The notes beneath the pieces are model-generated. The model made no database searches. It worked only from the letters and a program-made list of their open reading frames with translations, and was not told the DNA's origin. Positions 28,593 to 38,820 of a stretch of DNA of 64,000 nt are shown here, in pieces. The DNA lies in contig CAVXTM010000009.1 of NCBI GenBank assembly GCA_963764725.1, forward strand, positions 96,001 through 160,000, read 5' to 3'. Each line of letters starts with the position of its first letter. The first letter of the stretch is position 1. The translations under genes and the position numbers were made by a program. This stretch comes from an uncultured Gammaproteobacteria bacterium (lineage in GTDB: Bacteria; Pseudomonadota; Gammaproteobacteria; JACCXJ01).

Positions 28593-29467
28593 ACCACACT
28601 GACTGTCGCGGCGCCAGATGGGGGATCCCCGATTGCTACGTTAGAGGCTCGGTTAGTTAGGCTGACGGCATCGTCACCTTTTTTCCACGCCGTGACGCCC
28701 AAGTTTATCGCCAAGCTTTCGGCCGCGGGGCCACGAGCCCATTCTAGGGAGTCGGATTTATCCATCTCCGCGCGTAGTTTTCCAGCAAGTTGCACCGCCG
28801 ATTCGAGGTTGGTCTCAGGCAAAACCACGAGTATGCTGCTGCCCCCCCAATGGCCAATAATGTCTACCCAGCGTAGCCTTTCCTTAAGGAAGCGGGCGGT
28901 CTGAATTAGCGCCGCCGCGCGGCCGGATTTGGCACTTGAATTGTTAGGCACTGACTGGCCCAGATCAATCATGAAAACCGCTAAGGCGTTGTTATAGCGT
29001 CGGCTTCTCGATACCTCGGCGACCAACTGCGCCTTCACCGACTGTTGCGTGAGCAACCCGGTATCCGGGTCAGTTTCGTTCAACGCCGCAGAGACTAAGC
29101 TTAAATGCTTGCGTTTTCGGACGATCTCGTAGTGGGTGACATCGACGACGCAAGCCACTTCGAACGCCTGTCCGGGTTCCATCTGCACGTGGCGGGCAAT
29201 AAAATTCAACCAGCGTTCTGGGTGACCGGGCGTGGCAGGTAGTTGATAGGTCTCAACCGTTTTGAATAGCGTGAGGATCCGGTTCACGGGCAGCTCGTCT
29301 CGGGATTTTCCGACGGTGGATTGGTAGGTGACGGCGAGCTGTGAACATAGAGCGTCGTTTGCCCAGATTATCGTTCCGCCGTCGTCGGCAACGAATATCC
29401 CGATGGGAAGAGATTCTAGGATTTGTAAAGCTACTGCTGGGGAAATTGGAGTTTCTGCTTGGCTCAT
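28589..29467 (-). CDS. PAS + degenerate GGDEF protein
   Basis: ILESLPIGIFV..WANDAL PAS, then DPDTGLL and EVSRSRRY. The A-site reads GGSSI. Probable start at 29467. Confidence 0.8.
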   Translation of the reverse strand: MSQAETPISPAVALQILESLPIGIFVADDGGTIIWANDALCSQLAVTYQSTVGKSRDELPVNRILTLFKTVETYQLPATPGHPERWLNFIARHVQMEPGQAFEVACVVDVTHYEIVRKRKHLSLVSAALNETDPDTGLLTQQSVKAQLVAEVSRSRRYNNALAVFMIDLGQSVPNNSSAKSGRAAALIQTARFLKERLRWVDIIGHWGGSSILVVLPETNLESAVQLAGKLRAEMDKSDSLEWARGPAAESLAINLGVTAWKKGDDAVSLTNRASNVAIGDPPSGAATVSVV

Positions 29468-29513
29468 AGGTTCCGAGTGGAGAAGATTATTATGAAGCGG
29501 AGAGGCCGATCGC

Positions 29514-29540
29514 TTAGCGGTAAGTTGTACCTTAACTTTA
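29514..29540 (-). promoter_or_regulatory. Putative sigma28 promoter
   Basis: Minus strand TAAAGTTA-N11-ACCGCTAA, 46 bp upstream of the PAS-GGDEF start. Confidence 0.5.
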
Positions 29541-29574
29541 GATCCGCGAGTCCTGCGCGCAAACGGAGGAGGGC

Positions 29575-30300
29575 TTACGGCCTTGCGCCGACGCAGTTCA
29601 GATAAGCTTCTTCTATGCCGGTGGCGCCGAAGTGCTCGCAAAATGCCGCAGGTACGCCTTGGTAAAGGATCTGTCCCTGGTGTAATACCGCCATTCGGTC
29701 GCATAGCGCACCGATGTCAGTGAGCATGTGGCTGGTGAAAAACAACGTAAGCCCCGCTTGTTTGCGGATCAGCAAATCGCGTTTAAATAACACGCGAGCT
29801 TTCGGATCGAGACCACTCATTGGTTCATCCAGCACGTATAGATCTTTGCCACTCAGTAAAGTTGCTGCAAGACCGAGTTTTTGCGCTGTCCCTTTCGACA
29901 GATGTCGCACCGGATTTCGCAACACTGACGGATCCAGATCCAGGGTATGTAGGGTTGCCTCAACTTTGTTCAATTGCCAAGGCTGGCGGTGCAGTGCGTT
30001 CATGAAGCGAAGAAACTCGTTGCCTGTGGCAAAATTCGGCGGGATAAACTGCTCCGGAAGAAATGCAAGGCGGGATCTTGACGCGGGTTGGGAGTGCGGG
30101 AGACCAAAGATGTCGATAGATTCGCCGCCGGCATCACAAAGATCCAAGAGGCATTTGATCAAGGTCGTCTTACCGGCGCCGTTGATCCCAACGAGGCCGA
30201 GGAACTCACCTTCACGGACACGGAGATCAACGTTTTCCAAGACGCGCAGCTTTCCGAACCGCTTCGATGCGCCCTTGAAGTGTATTGCTGCGCGATCCAC
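29575..30300 (-). CDS. ABC transporter ATP-binding protein (PilH-like)
   Basis: GINGAGKTT, LSKG signature, LDEP and SH motifs. Confidence 0.9.
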   Translation of the reverse strand: MDRAAIHFKGASKRFGKLRVLENVDLRVREGEFLGLVGINGAGKTTLIKCLLDLCDAGGESIDIFGLPHSQPASRSRLAFLPEQFIPPNFATGNEFLRFMNALHRQPWQLNKVEATLHTLDLDPSVLRNPVRHLSKGTAQKLGLAATLLSGKDLYVLDEPMSGLDPKARVLFKRDLLIRKQAGLTLFFTSHMLTDIGALCDRMAVLHQGQILYQGVPAAFCEHFGATGIEEAYLNCVGARP

Positions 30301-30372
30301 CGTCTTGCCGAACGGACGCGTAAGCCGAAAAAACCCGCCGGCAATTTCTATCCTATCTGCCCAGATTGGGTA

Positions 30373-31134
30373 TTAATAGAGGAAATATCCGTTGCAGTCA
30401 GCGGAAGCACCATTAATATTCCAAATGGAGGGAGTAGTAGCAGTACCTACAGTGACACAAGCGGTCGTGGCGTCCGAACCACCCACGTTTCCAAACGATG
30501 TCGATGTATCGGTTAGCGGTGCCGACCGCAAAATCCCGCTATCGGGCAAGCTATCGTCCACCTTTACATCCATCTCCCGCATAACATTGACCGGGACGTT
30601 GCGTCCCGTGATGAGGTGTAAACGAGGTGCCTGACCCGGGGCAGCGGGCCGATAATCGTTGGTGCGCGCAAGAAGCAAAAACCCGTTCCAAGGATTTCTC
30701 GGTGCTGCAGGCGTTGCCGTGCTTACATAAGCGCCTTCAGCATTGGCAGTCCCTGGATAGTTACCCTGCAAGAATCCTGCGAACGTCATATGTGACCAGG
30801 CTGCCGCAGCTTCGCTCCAAACGGTAGCGTCTATTTGCCCGTTGCCGCCCGGCGCGGCAGCAGCACCGCCCACACCGGCTGGACAGCTCCATGCCGGATT
30901 GTTACCAATAGCGCCGCAGACCTGGCTTGCCAGCATATCCCCCGGCACCGCACGGTAACGGTCGACGAACCCGTAGTAGGCGGCTTGCACGCTCGCGGCT
31001 TGATCGGCGAGATTCCGTACCCGCGCCGCGGTTATCAATTCTTGACCCTTCAAGATACCGCCGAGCAGCAGCCCGATAATGACCAGCACGATGGCGATTT
31101 CCACCAAAGTGAAACCCCGTTGCTTCTTTACCAT
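30373..31134 (-). CDS. Type IV prepilin/pseudopilin-like protein
   Basis: Class III signal KKQRG|FTLVEIAIVLVIIGLLLGG. Confidence 0.9.
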   Translation of the reverse strand: MVKKQRGFTLVEIAIVLVIIGLLLGGILKGQELITAARVRNLADQAASVQAAYYGFVDRYRAVPGDMLASQVCGAIGNNPAWSCPAGVGGAAAAPGGNGQIDATVWSEAAAAWSHMTFAGFLQGNYPGTANAEGAYVSTATPAAPRNPWNGFLLLARTNDYRPAAPGQAPRLHLITGRNVPVNVMREMDVKVDDSLPDSGILRSAPLTDTSTSFGNVGGSDATTACVTVGTATTPSIWNINGASADCNGYFLY

Positions 31135-31309
31135 AATGAAATTCTCCTATTAGGACGATAGTATTGTGCAGGCCCTATACCATGTTATCATATCGTTGAT
31201 AATGAAGCATATTATCGCTTCCTTTCTGGCCCGATGACCCCGCGGGCTGTCGGTTCTTTAAGACAATCGTCGAATGATCCACAACATTTCCAGAATCAAC
31301 CGGTATCGG

Positions 31310-32038
31310 TCACTTGTTCCTGGGCGGAGGATCACGTTGGGGCGGTTGCAGTTGATTTAAGCGCAAAGTAAGGAATTGGATCTCATCCGGATCGGTCACT
31401 GTGCCGCTTTCGAGCAAGGCCCCAAGTAATACCCTAGCGGTTTCGATTTCGCCCATGTCTTCGAGAACAAAGATATGCATCTGCTTCGCCCAGTGCGGCA
31501 CGTCCTTGCCGGTGGCATAGCGCGCGATTGCCTGGGCATAACGCAGTGCCAGGGGTAAGTCGGCGAGGCGGTGCTTGGCCAGCACCGCGGCGTGTGCGAG
31601 CCAAGGCCAGCGCCGGTTAGGATCGTCCAGAAACCGCTGGTACACGAATTCGAGCATTTGCCGCTGTTTGACTGGCGTCGGAACCTCGGCGTACAACCGG
31701 CTCGCGGCGAGCAACGGGTATTGAGAGCGTGGGGCAAGCGTTAAAATCGCATCGAGCCAACCGATGACATGGCCATAGTTCAAGTTCCGGAAGGGGATAC
31801 TAATGCCCGGCTGGTTATCGAAGGCCTGTAGCCAGAGCATGAGGACCCGTCCGAGCGCCTCTGGTTCCCCGAAGCCCGCAACGTTTAAGACGTCGATCCG
31901 CGGAGGCGACGGCAGCGCGCGGGCGATCGCTTGTGAGGGAGGCTGTTGAGTTTGCCAGAGGATCTGCAAGGCAAGGCCGCAACACAGTGATAACAATACC
32001 GGCACCGGCACCTCACGCAGTGGACGTTCTCTCGCCAT
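31310..32038 (-). CDS. Membrane-anchored helical protein associated with the pilin ABC module
   Basis: N-terminal TM and helical-repeat-like C-terminus. Co-oriented between the permease and the pilin. Confidence 0.7.
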   Translation of the reverse strand: MARERPLREVPVPVLLSLCCGLALQILWQTQQPPSQAIARALPSPPRIDVLNVAGFGEPEALGRVLMLWLQAFDNQPGISIPFRNLNYGHVIGWLDAILTLAPRSQYPLLAASRLYAEVPTPVKQRQMLEFVYQRFLDDPNRRWPWLAHAAVLAKHRLADLPLALRYAQAIARYATGKDVPHWAKQMHIFVLEDMGEIETARVLLGALLESGTVTDPDEIQFLTLRLNQLQPPQRDPPPRNK

Positions 32039-32050
32039 GACACGTAACTC

Positions 32051-32830
32051 CTAGAAGTTCTTTCGGTACAAGTCGAATAGACCCGCGCCAATGAGCAGCA
32101 CGAGGTAAATGATTGTTTGTCCGATGATCGCGACAAGGTCCAGTCCAGCGGGGGCACCGTAGATGAGCCATTGGCTAGAGGTGTAGCGATCGAGATCGGG
32201 GAGCAGGAAGGCGAGGGTGTCGATCACGTTACTGATGAACCGCTGCGATGGGGCTGAGGGATCGGCCATCGGACCGTGACCGATGAGCTGAATCGACCCG
32301 ATGGTACGGGCGAGGACATAAAAACCGACTACGCTGCTTAACGCGATTGTGGCTTGCCGAAAGGTGAATAGGCAGACCATGCTGACACTCGCGACGATGA
32401 ACAATTCACAGGCGAGAGATAGGACCCACGGCGCGACACGCTGGGCAGGCGAATACAGCAGCAGGCATAATCCGATCAACGCTGCGACCACTATTGCGGT
32501 GCCGGAGAAACCGAGAAGCCTGCCGAAGAAGTAGCTTGCTCTCGAGATCGGTAGGGACAGCAGGAGATCTAGACTCTTTTCGTGTTGTTCGCGGAGCATG
32601 CTCATCGTCACGAACAAGCTGGTCAGGATCACGGCGAAGAAACGCAATGCGCTGCTTAGTATGCTGATCTTGGTTTCCGCGCTTTCCGTGATTGCGACCT
32701 CCCCGATAAATTCGGCGAGGCCAAAAAGCGAAACCAGGGCCGCTAGCACGAGCGAAATGAGTCTATTCTGAATCGCTTCCCGAAGCGTAAACAAGGCGAT
32801 AGTTAAGATTGCGCGAAGATGCATACGCAT
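32051..32830 (-). CDS. ABC-2 type permease (PilI-like)
   Basis: IALFTLREAI..LLLSLPISRASYFFGR with about six TM segments. Confidence 0.85.
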   Translation of the reverse strand: MRMHLRAILTIALFTLREAIQNRLISLVLAALVSLFGLAEFIGEVAITESAETKISILSSALRFFAVILTSLFVTMSMLREQHEKSLDLLLSLPISRASYFFGRLLGFSGTAIVVAALIGLCLLLYSPAQRVAPWVLSLACELFIVASVSMVCLFTFRQATIALSSVVGFYVLARTIGSIQLIGHGPMADPSAPSQRFISNVIDTLAFLLPDLDRYTSSQWLIYGAPAGLDLVAIIGQTIIYLVLLIGAGLFDLYRKNF

Positions 32831-32911
32831 TTCGGAGGCCGAACGCTAAGGAAGCTCCGAACAAGTAATCAAAAATGGTTTCGCAGCATGCATACGAATC
32901 GATTTCAGACG

Positions 32912-32938
32912 AAAACGCGGCCTTGAGGCCGGTTTTTT
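32912..32938. terminator. Hairpin flanked by A/T runs (possible bidirectional terminator)
   Basis: AAAACG-CGGCCT-TG-AGGCCG-GTTTTTT. Confidence 0.4.
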
Positions 32939-32949
32939 CATCGTTCAGG

Positions 32950-33209
32950 GGGCTGCACAAAGTAGATGCGCAGCATCATCTGCAGCTCCTTCGGCGGGCG
33001 ACCGTCCCCGGCCTTCGGGTACACCGGCCAAATCAGCGCACACAGCTCGCCCCACGGCACAATGCGGTCCATCTCGGTGAGAAATATCTCTCGACGCGTG
33101 GTCTTGCTGTACTTCTCGAAACCCGTGCCCAGTGTCATCTGTTTGCTCATTGTCGTCCTCGACTCTGTTCGGTCAACCTAATCAGATCGTGGACTTTTGC
33201 AGAGGTTCC
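32950..33209 (-). mobile_element. IS5-family remnant (left end + transposase 5' fragment)
   Basis: End GGAACCTCTGCAAAAGTCC lies next to a CTAA target. ORF MSKQMTL..KTTRREIFLTEMDRIVPW..YPKAGDGRPP..MLRIYF. Confidence 0.82.
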
Positions 33210-35183
33210 CTAAGCTAATCAGCATCCTGATCGTGTGCGGAAAGCTGATGAATCAAACGGCCGTATAATTCTATTCTACCCTTGATACCGCGCGAATTTC
33301 ACGTGGCTGCATTCCCAGGACATCTCTCTGCCAAGAACGAATACCGTATTCTCTCGGCGATGCTGTTGCTACTCCATCTCGCCGTGTGGTGGGATTCCGG
33401 CAGCATGACATCGCGCTCCCTGCTATTAGCGCATGCCGGGGTATTTCTTATTTGGCAGCCGTTCTTGCGGCTAGAGAAGCGGTTTGGTGCTATTTTCGCT
33501 GGTTTCGATCGGTCTAGGTATTGGTTGGACCGCTGGTTGTTTTTCTGTTGGTTCCTATTGTTGATCGGGCTAATAAGCGGACTTCCAGGCTATCGCCATT
33601 ATCGGCACTCCTTTCGAGCAATGGTTGTCGGAACTGGCGAAATTAGCGGACCAGCAGCAGTCCCCGTACGAATTTTTCGAGGTGTCAATCAACAAACTTA
33701 TCCGCTTACCGTGGTTTGAAGGCGTCGCTTGGGTAACCAAGACGGCGAGCGCAGAGATTGGGCGCGTGTCGGAGCATAGCACGACGTTTAGGGCCGGCGA
33801 CGTGAGCGTCATTTTGTATGCGCGCCGGCCGATGGGGCCAGGCTTATTACTGCATTGCAACCTGTTGGTGGAGGTGTTGGTCCAGTTTCATCTTGCGAAA
33901 CTCCGCGAGCTGGAGCTCGCGAATCGTACCCACCTCCAGGCCATTTATGAAACTGGGGCGCGCGTCGCGCACGACATGAAAAATTCACTGCAGTCGCTGC
34001 ATACACTGACGAGTGCCTTGAAGCTCGATGATAAGGACGATGATCAAGCCGTATCGACGCAGCCGCGTACAACACTCATTCTAAGAGGGCCAACTACCGC
34101 TTATCATTCAGCGCCTGCGAGAAATAGTCAAATGTTGTGTACGGAGCTAGGTTAGGCGGCGATTCTTTCGGGGTCTTCCCATAGGCCGTCTTTGAAAATA
34201 ACTCCCTCGATGACTTGAGCGAGGCGGGGAATTCCATACAGTTTCCGCCAATGTCGCTCGGCACTTTTTACCAACATGAATACCATCGCCAAAATGCTTT
34301 CTCGAGACACGCAGCCGCGGGTTTTGTTGGTGCGCAGCCGGACCGTAGCAAAGGTGGATTCGATCGGATTCGTGGTCCGAAGATGGATCCAGTGCTCTGC
34401 CGGAAAATCGTAGAAGGCCAACAGTGACCCCCGATCTTTTTCCAAACACTCCGCAGCTTTCGGATACTTGGGACGGTAGAGGATCAGAAAGCGATCGAAG
34501 GCGCGCTCGGCCTCCTGCCGGGTGGCTGCCATCCAGATCTCCTGCAGCGCCGCCTTGGCCTTAGGTTGCTGGCTCTTGGGTAGCTTGTTGAGCACGTTGG
34601 CAGTCTTGTGTACCCAACAGCGTTGACCACGGGTCATGCCGAAGACTTGCGGTAATGCCTTCCAGAATCCCAAGGCCCCATCGCCGGTGGCCAGATGCGG
34701 ATCGAGCTTCAAGCCACGGGCTTTCAGATCCAATAGCACTTCCCGCCAGGACGCTTCACTTTCCCGATAGCCATCGGCGAGCGTCACCAATTCTTTCTTA
34801 CCCTCAGCCGTGCTCGTCTTGCCATACCGCCTTGAGCCGACCGATCGTGCTGGCCGACAAGCCCGGCGCCTCTCGCCCCAACAAAGCCGTCAGCGCCTCC
34901 TGAAAATCACCTGTCGAGATCCCCTTCAAGTATAACCAGGGCAATAGTTCCTCCAGCGTCTTGGTGCGCCGTATATAGGGTGGCAATATCGAGGAGTTAT
35001 ACCGGATCGTCTTTTCCCGGTCCCGAACCCGCGGTATTTTCACCTCCACCGCTCCCACACCGGTTTGTATCGTCCGTCCCGGCAGATGACCGTTACGTAC
35101 CACACGCTGGCGTCCTTCCGCCGTTTCCTGTCCCATGAAACCTTCCAGAAAAACCGCAACTTCCGCTTCAATCGCAGCCGCTA

Positions 35184-36341
35184 GTGTAATGCTTCTGAAT
35201 TGATGGAACTATATGCCTTCCGGTCGATCTGATCTAGAGATCGAACGAGGAGGCGAACATGCGAACAGCCGGTGTAATTGAGCTTACAGATGAACAACGG
35301 CAACAACTGCAACGATGGACCCGGTCGAGCACGGTCAGCGTGCGTCTGGCGCGGCGGGCACGGATAATCCTGTTGGCGGCCGAAGGTATGGACAACCACC
35401 AGATCGCAGGAGAGGTAAGCGTTGGGCGAATTCAAGTGGGTCGTTGGCGCAAGCGCTTTGCGCAAAGCGGGCTTGCAGGCATTGAAGCCGATTTGCCGCG
35501 TAGCGGCCGCAAGCGCCGCATCAACGCTGCCAAGGTCGTGCGCCTGACCACCCAGAGCACACCGCAAGGCGCCACCCACTGGAGCACGCGCACGCTGGCG
35601 GCAAGGGTCGGGATCAGCGACAGCAGCGTGCTGCGGATCTGGCGCGCCAATGGGCTCAAGCCGCATTTGGTCGAGACCTTCAAGGTCTCGCGCGACCCGC
35701 AATTTGTCGAGAAGCTCGAAGACATCGTCGGACTGTATTTGTCGCCGCCTGAACATGCGCTGGTGCTCTGCTGCGACGAGAAGAGTCAAGTGCAGGCCCT
35801 GGACCGTACCCAGCCTGGGTTGCCGTTGAAGAGGGGCCGCGCGGGTACGCTGACCCACGACTACAAACGTCATGGCACCACGACGCTGTTTGCCGCGCTG
35901 AACACGCTCGATGGCTCGGTCATCGCTCGCTGTAATAATCGCCACCGTCACCAAGAATGGCTGACCTTCTTGCGCCAGATTGATCGGGAAACCCCAAAGG
36001 GCAAAGCCCTGCATCTGATTTGCGACAACTACGCCACGCATAAGCATCCCACGGTCCGGGCGTGGCTCGCGAAACATCCGCGTTTCCAGGTGCATTTCAC
36101 CCCGACCTCGGCCTCTTGGCTCAATATGGTCGAACGGTTTTTCCGCGACATCACGACCGAACGCCTGCGCCGCGGTGTATTCCGCAGCCTCCCCGAACTT
36201 ATCAGCGCCATCCAGGACTATATCGCCGTGCATAACCATGACCCCAAGCCCTTCGTCTGGACCGCCAAGGCCAACGACATTCTGCAAAAGGTCATTCGTG
36301 CCAATCACCGCTTAAGTTCCAAGAAAAACGAAGCACTACAC
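35184..36341 (+). mobile_element. IS630-family insertion sequence
   Basis: IRs GTGTA(A/G)TGCTTC, flanked by a duplicated TA within CTAG (35181-35184 and 36341-36344). Removing it restores the IS256 frame (RMLAAA). Confidence 0.93.
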
Positions 36342-36344
36342 TAG
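35259..36344 (+). CDS. IS630 transposase (intact)
   Basis: HTH, THWSTR, CDEKSQ, DYKRHGT, CDNYATH and SWLNMVER motifs. Confidence 0.95.
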   Translation: MRTAGVIELTDEQRQQLQRWTRSSTVSVRLARRARIILLAAEGMDNHQIAGEVSVGRIQVGRWRKRFAQSGLAGIEADLPRSGRKRRINAAKVVRLTTQSTPQGATHWSTRTLAARVGISDSSVLRIWRANGLKPHLVETFKVSRDPQFVEKLEDIVGLYLSPPEHALVLCCDEKSQVQALDRTQPGLPLKRGRAGTLTHDYKRHGTTTLFAALNTLDGSVIARCNNRHRHQEWLTFLRQIDRETPKGKALHLICDNYATHKHPTVRAWLAKHPRFQVHFTPTSASWLNMVERFFRDITTERLRRGVFRSLPELISAIQDYIAVHNHDPKPFVWTAKANDILQKVIRANHRLSSKKNEALH

Positions 36345-36845
36345 CATCCGTTGGGCACCCGCCCGCAGAATCTCTGTGAGCGCATCCGCGACCGGAGCCG
36401 GCGTCCCTGGATTCTTCAACGCAACTACTTTATCTTCACTCATGGCGTATTCACTCCTTTCAGTAGGAATTGATGACCTTGAAGACCATCAAGAATACGC
36501 CGCCTCCTTTACTCCTTCATCCACAACTTTCAATCATAACTCCGCATACGGCGATCCCAGCCGATTTATTCGATAGCGTGATCGACAACTTGCTGGGAAA
36601 CGCCTACATCAAACGACGTGCAGAAACTGGCATAGGGATTACCGTGACTCTTCAATCCGAGGTGAGGAGTGTTTGTCTGAGGGTATGCGATCAGGGTAGC
36701 GCCATTGCTGCAGCCCGAGCCAATGAACTTTTTTAAGCAGCCTGTATTATCATATAGTGGAGTGGGTATCGGACTTTACCAGGCCGGGCAGCAAGCCGAA
36801 CTCTCTGGATACACGCTTGCGCTGAGTGAAAACAAGCCTGGCCGG

Positions 36846-38224
36846 GAGCTTCCGTCAAGAGGTGTGTAAATAAGTTCAGGCGGCCTTTCTGATGGTGTCA
36901 TTATTTGTTCGTATTCCATCGGCGAATGCGACGCCGTTATAGATGTCTTTCAGTAGCTCGGTGGCGTTGAGCCGGCGGAAAGTCGTTTCAGCGACCATCA
37001 TGATTTTCCAGATCAGGGCGGTGGCGTTATCGACTTTCTTGAACCGCTTGGCCGCATTGGTACGTAGCCGCACAGCGGCGAAGGGCGATTCGATCGGATT
37101 GGTGGTTCGCAAGTGGATCCAGTGTTCTTTGGGATAGCGGTAGAACGCCACCATGCGCTCCCAGTCGTGATCGAGAAGCTCAGCGGCGGCTTGGAAGCCT
37201 TGTTGACGGCACCAGCGTTGGAAGGTCGCTTTGGCCTTCTCCGCTTCTTGGCGGGTAGGGGCATAGGGGATCGGACAGAGCAGCGCTTTCGCTTCGGCCT
37301 GGCGTTTCTTCGGAAGCTTATCCAAGAGGTTTAAAATGCGATGATTCCAACAGCGCTGTTCCTCGGCCTCGGGATACACCTCGGCCAGTCCACCCCAAAT
37401 CCCCAGATGTCCATCACCGACCACCAGGCGCGGTGCACGTAGGCCACGTTTCTTCAAATCCCGTAACACCGCCGACCAACTCTCGGTGGATTCCCGAAAC
37501 CCGGGGGTGATGGCTAAAAAGGCCTTGCGCCCATCGCTCAGGCCCGCCACGACCACTAAGAGCGCGGCCTTCTCCTTCTCCAATCCCGCCTTGACATACA
37601 CCCCGTCTACCCACAAATAAACGACCCCCAACTCCGCGAGAGGCCGTTGATTCCAAAGCGCATATTCCCCCGCCCACTTCGCTTTCAGCCGCGCCACCGA
37701 ACCCCCCGAAAGCGGCGCCCCATCCCCGAGCAGCCCCCGCAGCGCAAGCTCAAAGTCGCCCAGGGATAACCCATGGAGATACAACGTGGGAAGTAACTCC
37801 GCCACCGTCTCCGTGCGGCGGACAAATAAAGGCAACAACCTGCTCTCAAAGCGCTCCTCCACCCCTCGCACCCGCGGCCTCGCAAGCTCCACCGTCCCAC
37901 AGCTGAGGCCCAACTTCCGTACCTTCCCATACCCATTGCGGTACCCGCCCGGGCCGTCTATCTCCGCCCGACGCTCCGATTTCTCTCGCCCTAAGAACAC
38001 GGTGACTTCCTCTTCGAGCAGATCTTGCAAATACCCTTGAATCCGCCCACGGACCCATTCCTCGAGATTCTCCCATACCACACTTGACCTACCCACTCCT
38101 TCGGTGCTTTGCTTCTTCATGGCGGTGTGCTCCTTTCTCTCGGGCCTGCCAGCCCGTTCTTTGTTAATTACTACAGAAAGGGTACATCGCCTTCACCTTT
38201 TTACACACCCTTTGATGGTACCTC
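36846..38224 (-). mobile_element. IS256-family element #2 (complete)
   Basis: IRs GAGCTTCCGTCAAGAGGTGTGTAAA and GAGGTACCATCAAAGGGTGTGTAAA. 8-bp target duplication CTGGCCGG at 36838-36845 and 38225-38232. Confidence 0.95.
36876..38120 (-). CDS. IS256 transposase (intact)
   Basis: GYRNG, YLWVDGVY, VGDG, QRCWNH and RTTNPIES motifs. Confidence 0.95.
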   Translation of the reverse strand: MKKQSTEGVGRSSVVWENLEEWVRGRIQGYLQDLLEEEVTVFLGREKSERRAEIDGPGGYRNGYGKVRKLGLSCGTVELARPRVRGVEERFESRLLPLFVRRTETVAELLPTLYLHGLSLGDFELALRGLLGDGAPLSGGSVARLKAKWAGEYALWNQRPLAELGVVYLWVDGVYVKAGLEKEKAALLVVVAGLSDGRKAFLAITPGFRESTESWSAVLRDLKKRGLRAPRLVVGDGHLGIWGGLAEVYPEAEEQRCWNHRILNLLDKLPKKRQAEAKALLCPIPYAPTRQEAEKAKATFQRWCRQQGFQAAAELLDHDWERMVAFYRYPKEHWIHLRTTNPIESPFAAVRLRTNAAKRFKKVDNATALIWKIMMVAETTFRRLNATELLKDIYNGVAFADGIRTNNDTIRKAA

Positions 38225-38388
38225 CTGGCCGGGTATGTTTCTCGCTGTCCGCCAAGGCTACAGCCTGGACCTAGAAGCCAAGCATCGAAAGCAATGAATC
38301 CACTTCGTCATGAGTTGAAACCTTTTTCCTCACCCCCCATGGTGAGTGCGGATCCTGTGGCACGAACGAGTACGCTGTCGAATTGGTT

Positions 38389-38775
38389 TTAGGTCTTAAC
38401 GCGCTCCCATATCTTCTCAATCTTTTCTTTTAGCGTATTAGCCGTGAAGGGTTTTACGATATAGCCGTTGACGCCGACCAGCGCCGCCTCAACCACTTGA
38501 TCGCGCTTGGATTCCGCGGTGACCATGAGCACCGGCAAAGTGCTTAGACGGATATCTGACCGAATCGCTTTCAGTAGATGAAGGCCGCTCATGCCAGGCA
38601 TGTTCCAATCGGTGATCACGAAGTCAAAACCGCCGCTTTGAAGCAACGGTAGCGCGCTATTACCGTCATTCGCCTCGTCGGTGTTCGAAAACCCTAGCTC
38701 TCGCAATAGCATCTTAATAATGCGCCTCATGGTAGAAAAGTCATCTACTATCAGAATTCTCATGTCTTTGTTCAT
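38389..38775 (-). CDS. cheY: Chemotaxis response regulator CheY (flagellar-type)
   Basis: [31 protein letters not shown]. Confidence 0.93.
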   Translation of the reverse strand: MNKDMRILIVDDFSTMRRIIKMLLRELGFSNTDEANDGNSALPLLQSGGFDFVITDWNMPGMSGLHLLKAIRSDIRLSTLPVLMVTAESKRDQVVEAALVGVNGYIVKPFTANTLKEKIEKIWERVKT

Positions 38776-38820
38776 GCATACCTCCTAACGCACCACGCCG
38801 ACGATCGGGGCTACTAAGAT

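Larger units (their letters stand above)
34119..36542 (-). mobile_element. IS256-family element #1, interrupted by IS630 and internally deleted
   Basis: Imperfect IRs GAGAAATAGTCAAATGTTGTG and GAGTTATGATTGAAAGTTGTG. Transposase runs from 36443 (MSEDKVV..) through VVRNG..LYLKGIST and DGYRES..GDG..QRCWVH..RTTNPIES to 34152. Confidence 0.88.
33282..38275 (+). pseudogene. Membrane sensor histidine kinase, fragmented by frameshifts and three IS elements
   Basis: TM region at 33282-33620. H-box ETGARVAHDMKNSLQ at about 33950-33990. N-box DSVIDNLLGNA and D-box VCDQGS at 36550-36730. G-box GIGLYQ at about 36765. Tail ENKPG|RVCFSL is split by IS256 #2. Confidence 0.72.

Noticed and set aside
35181-36308. 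375-aa minus-strand ORF
   Set aside because: Antisense shadow of the intact IS630 transposase.
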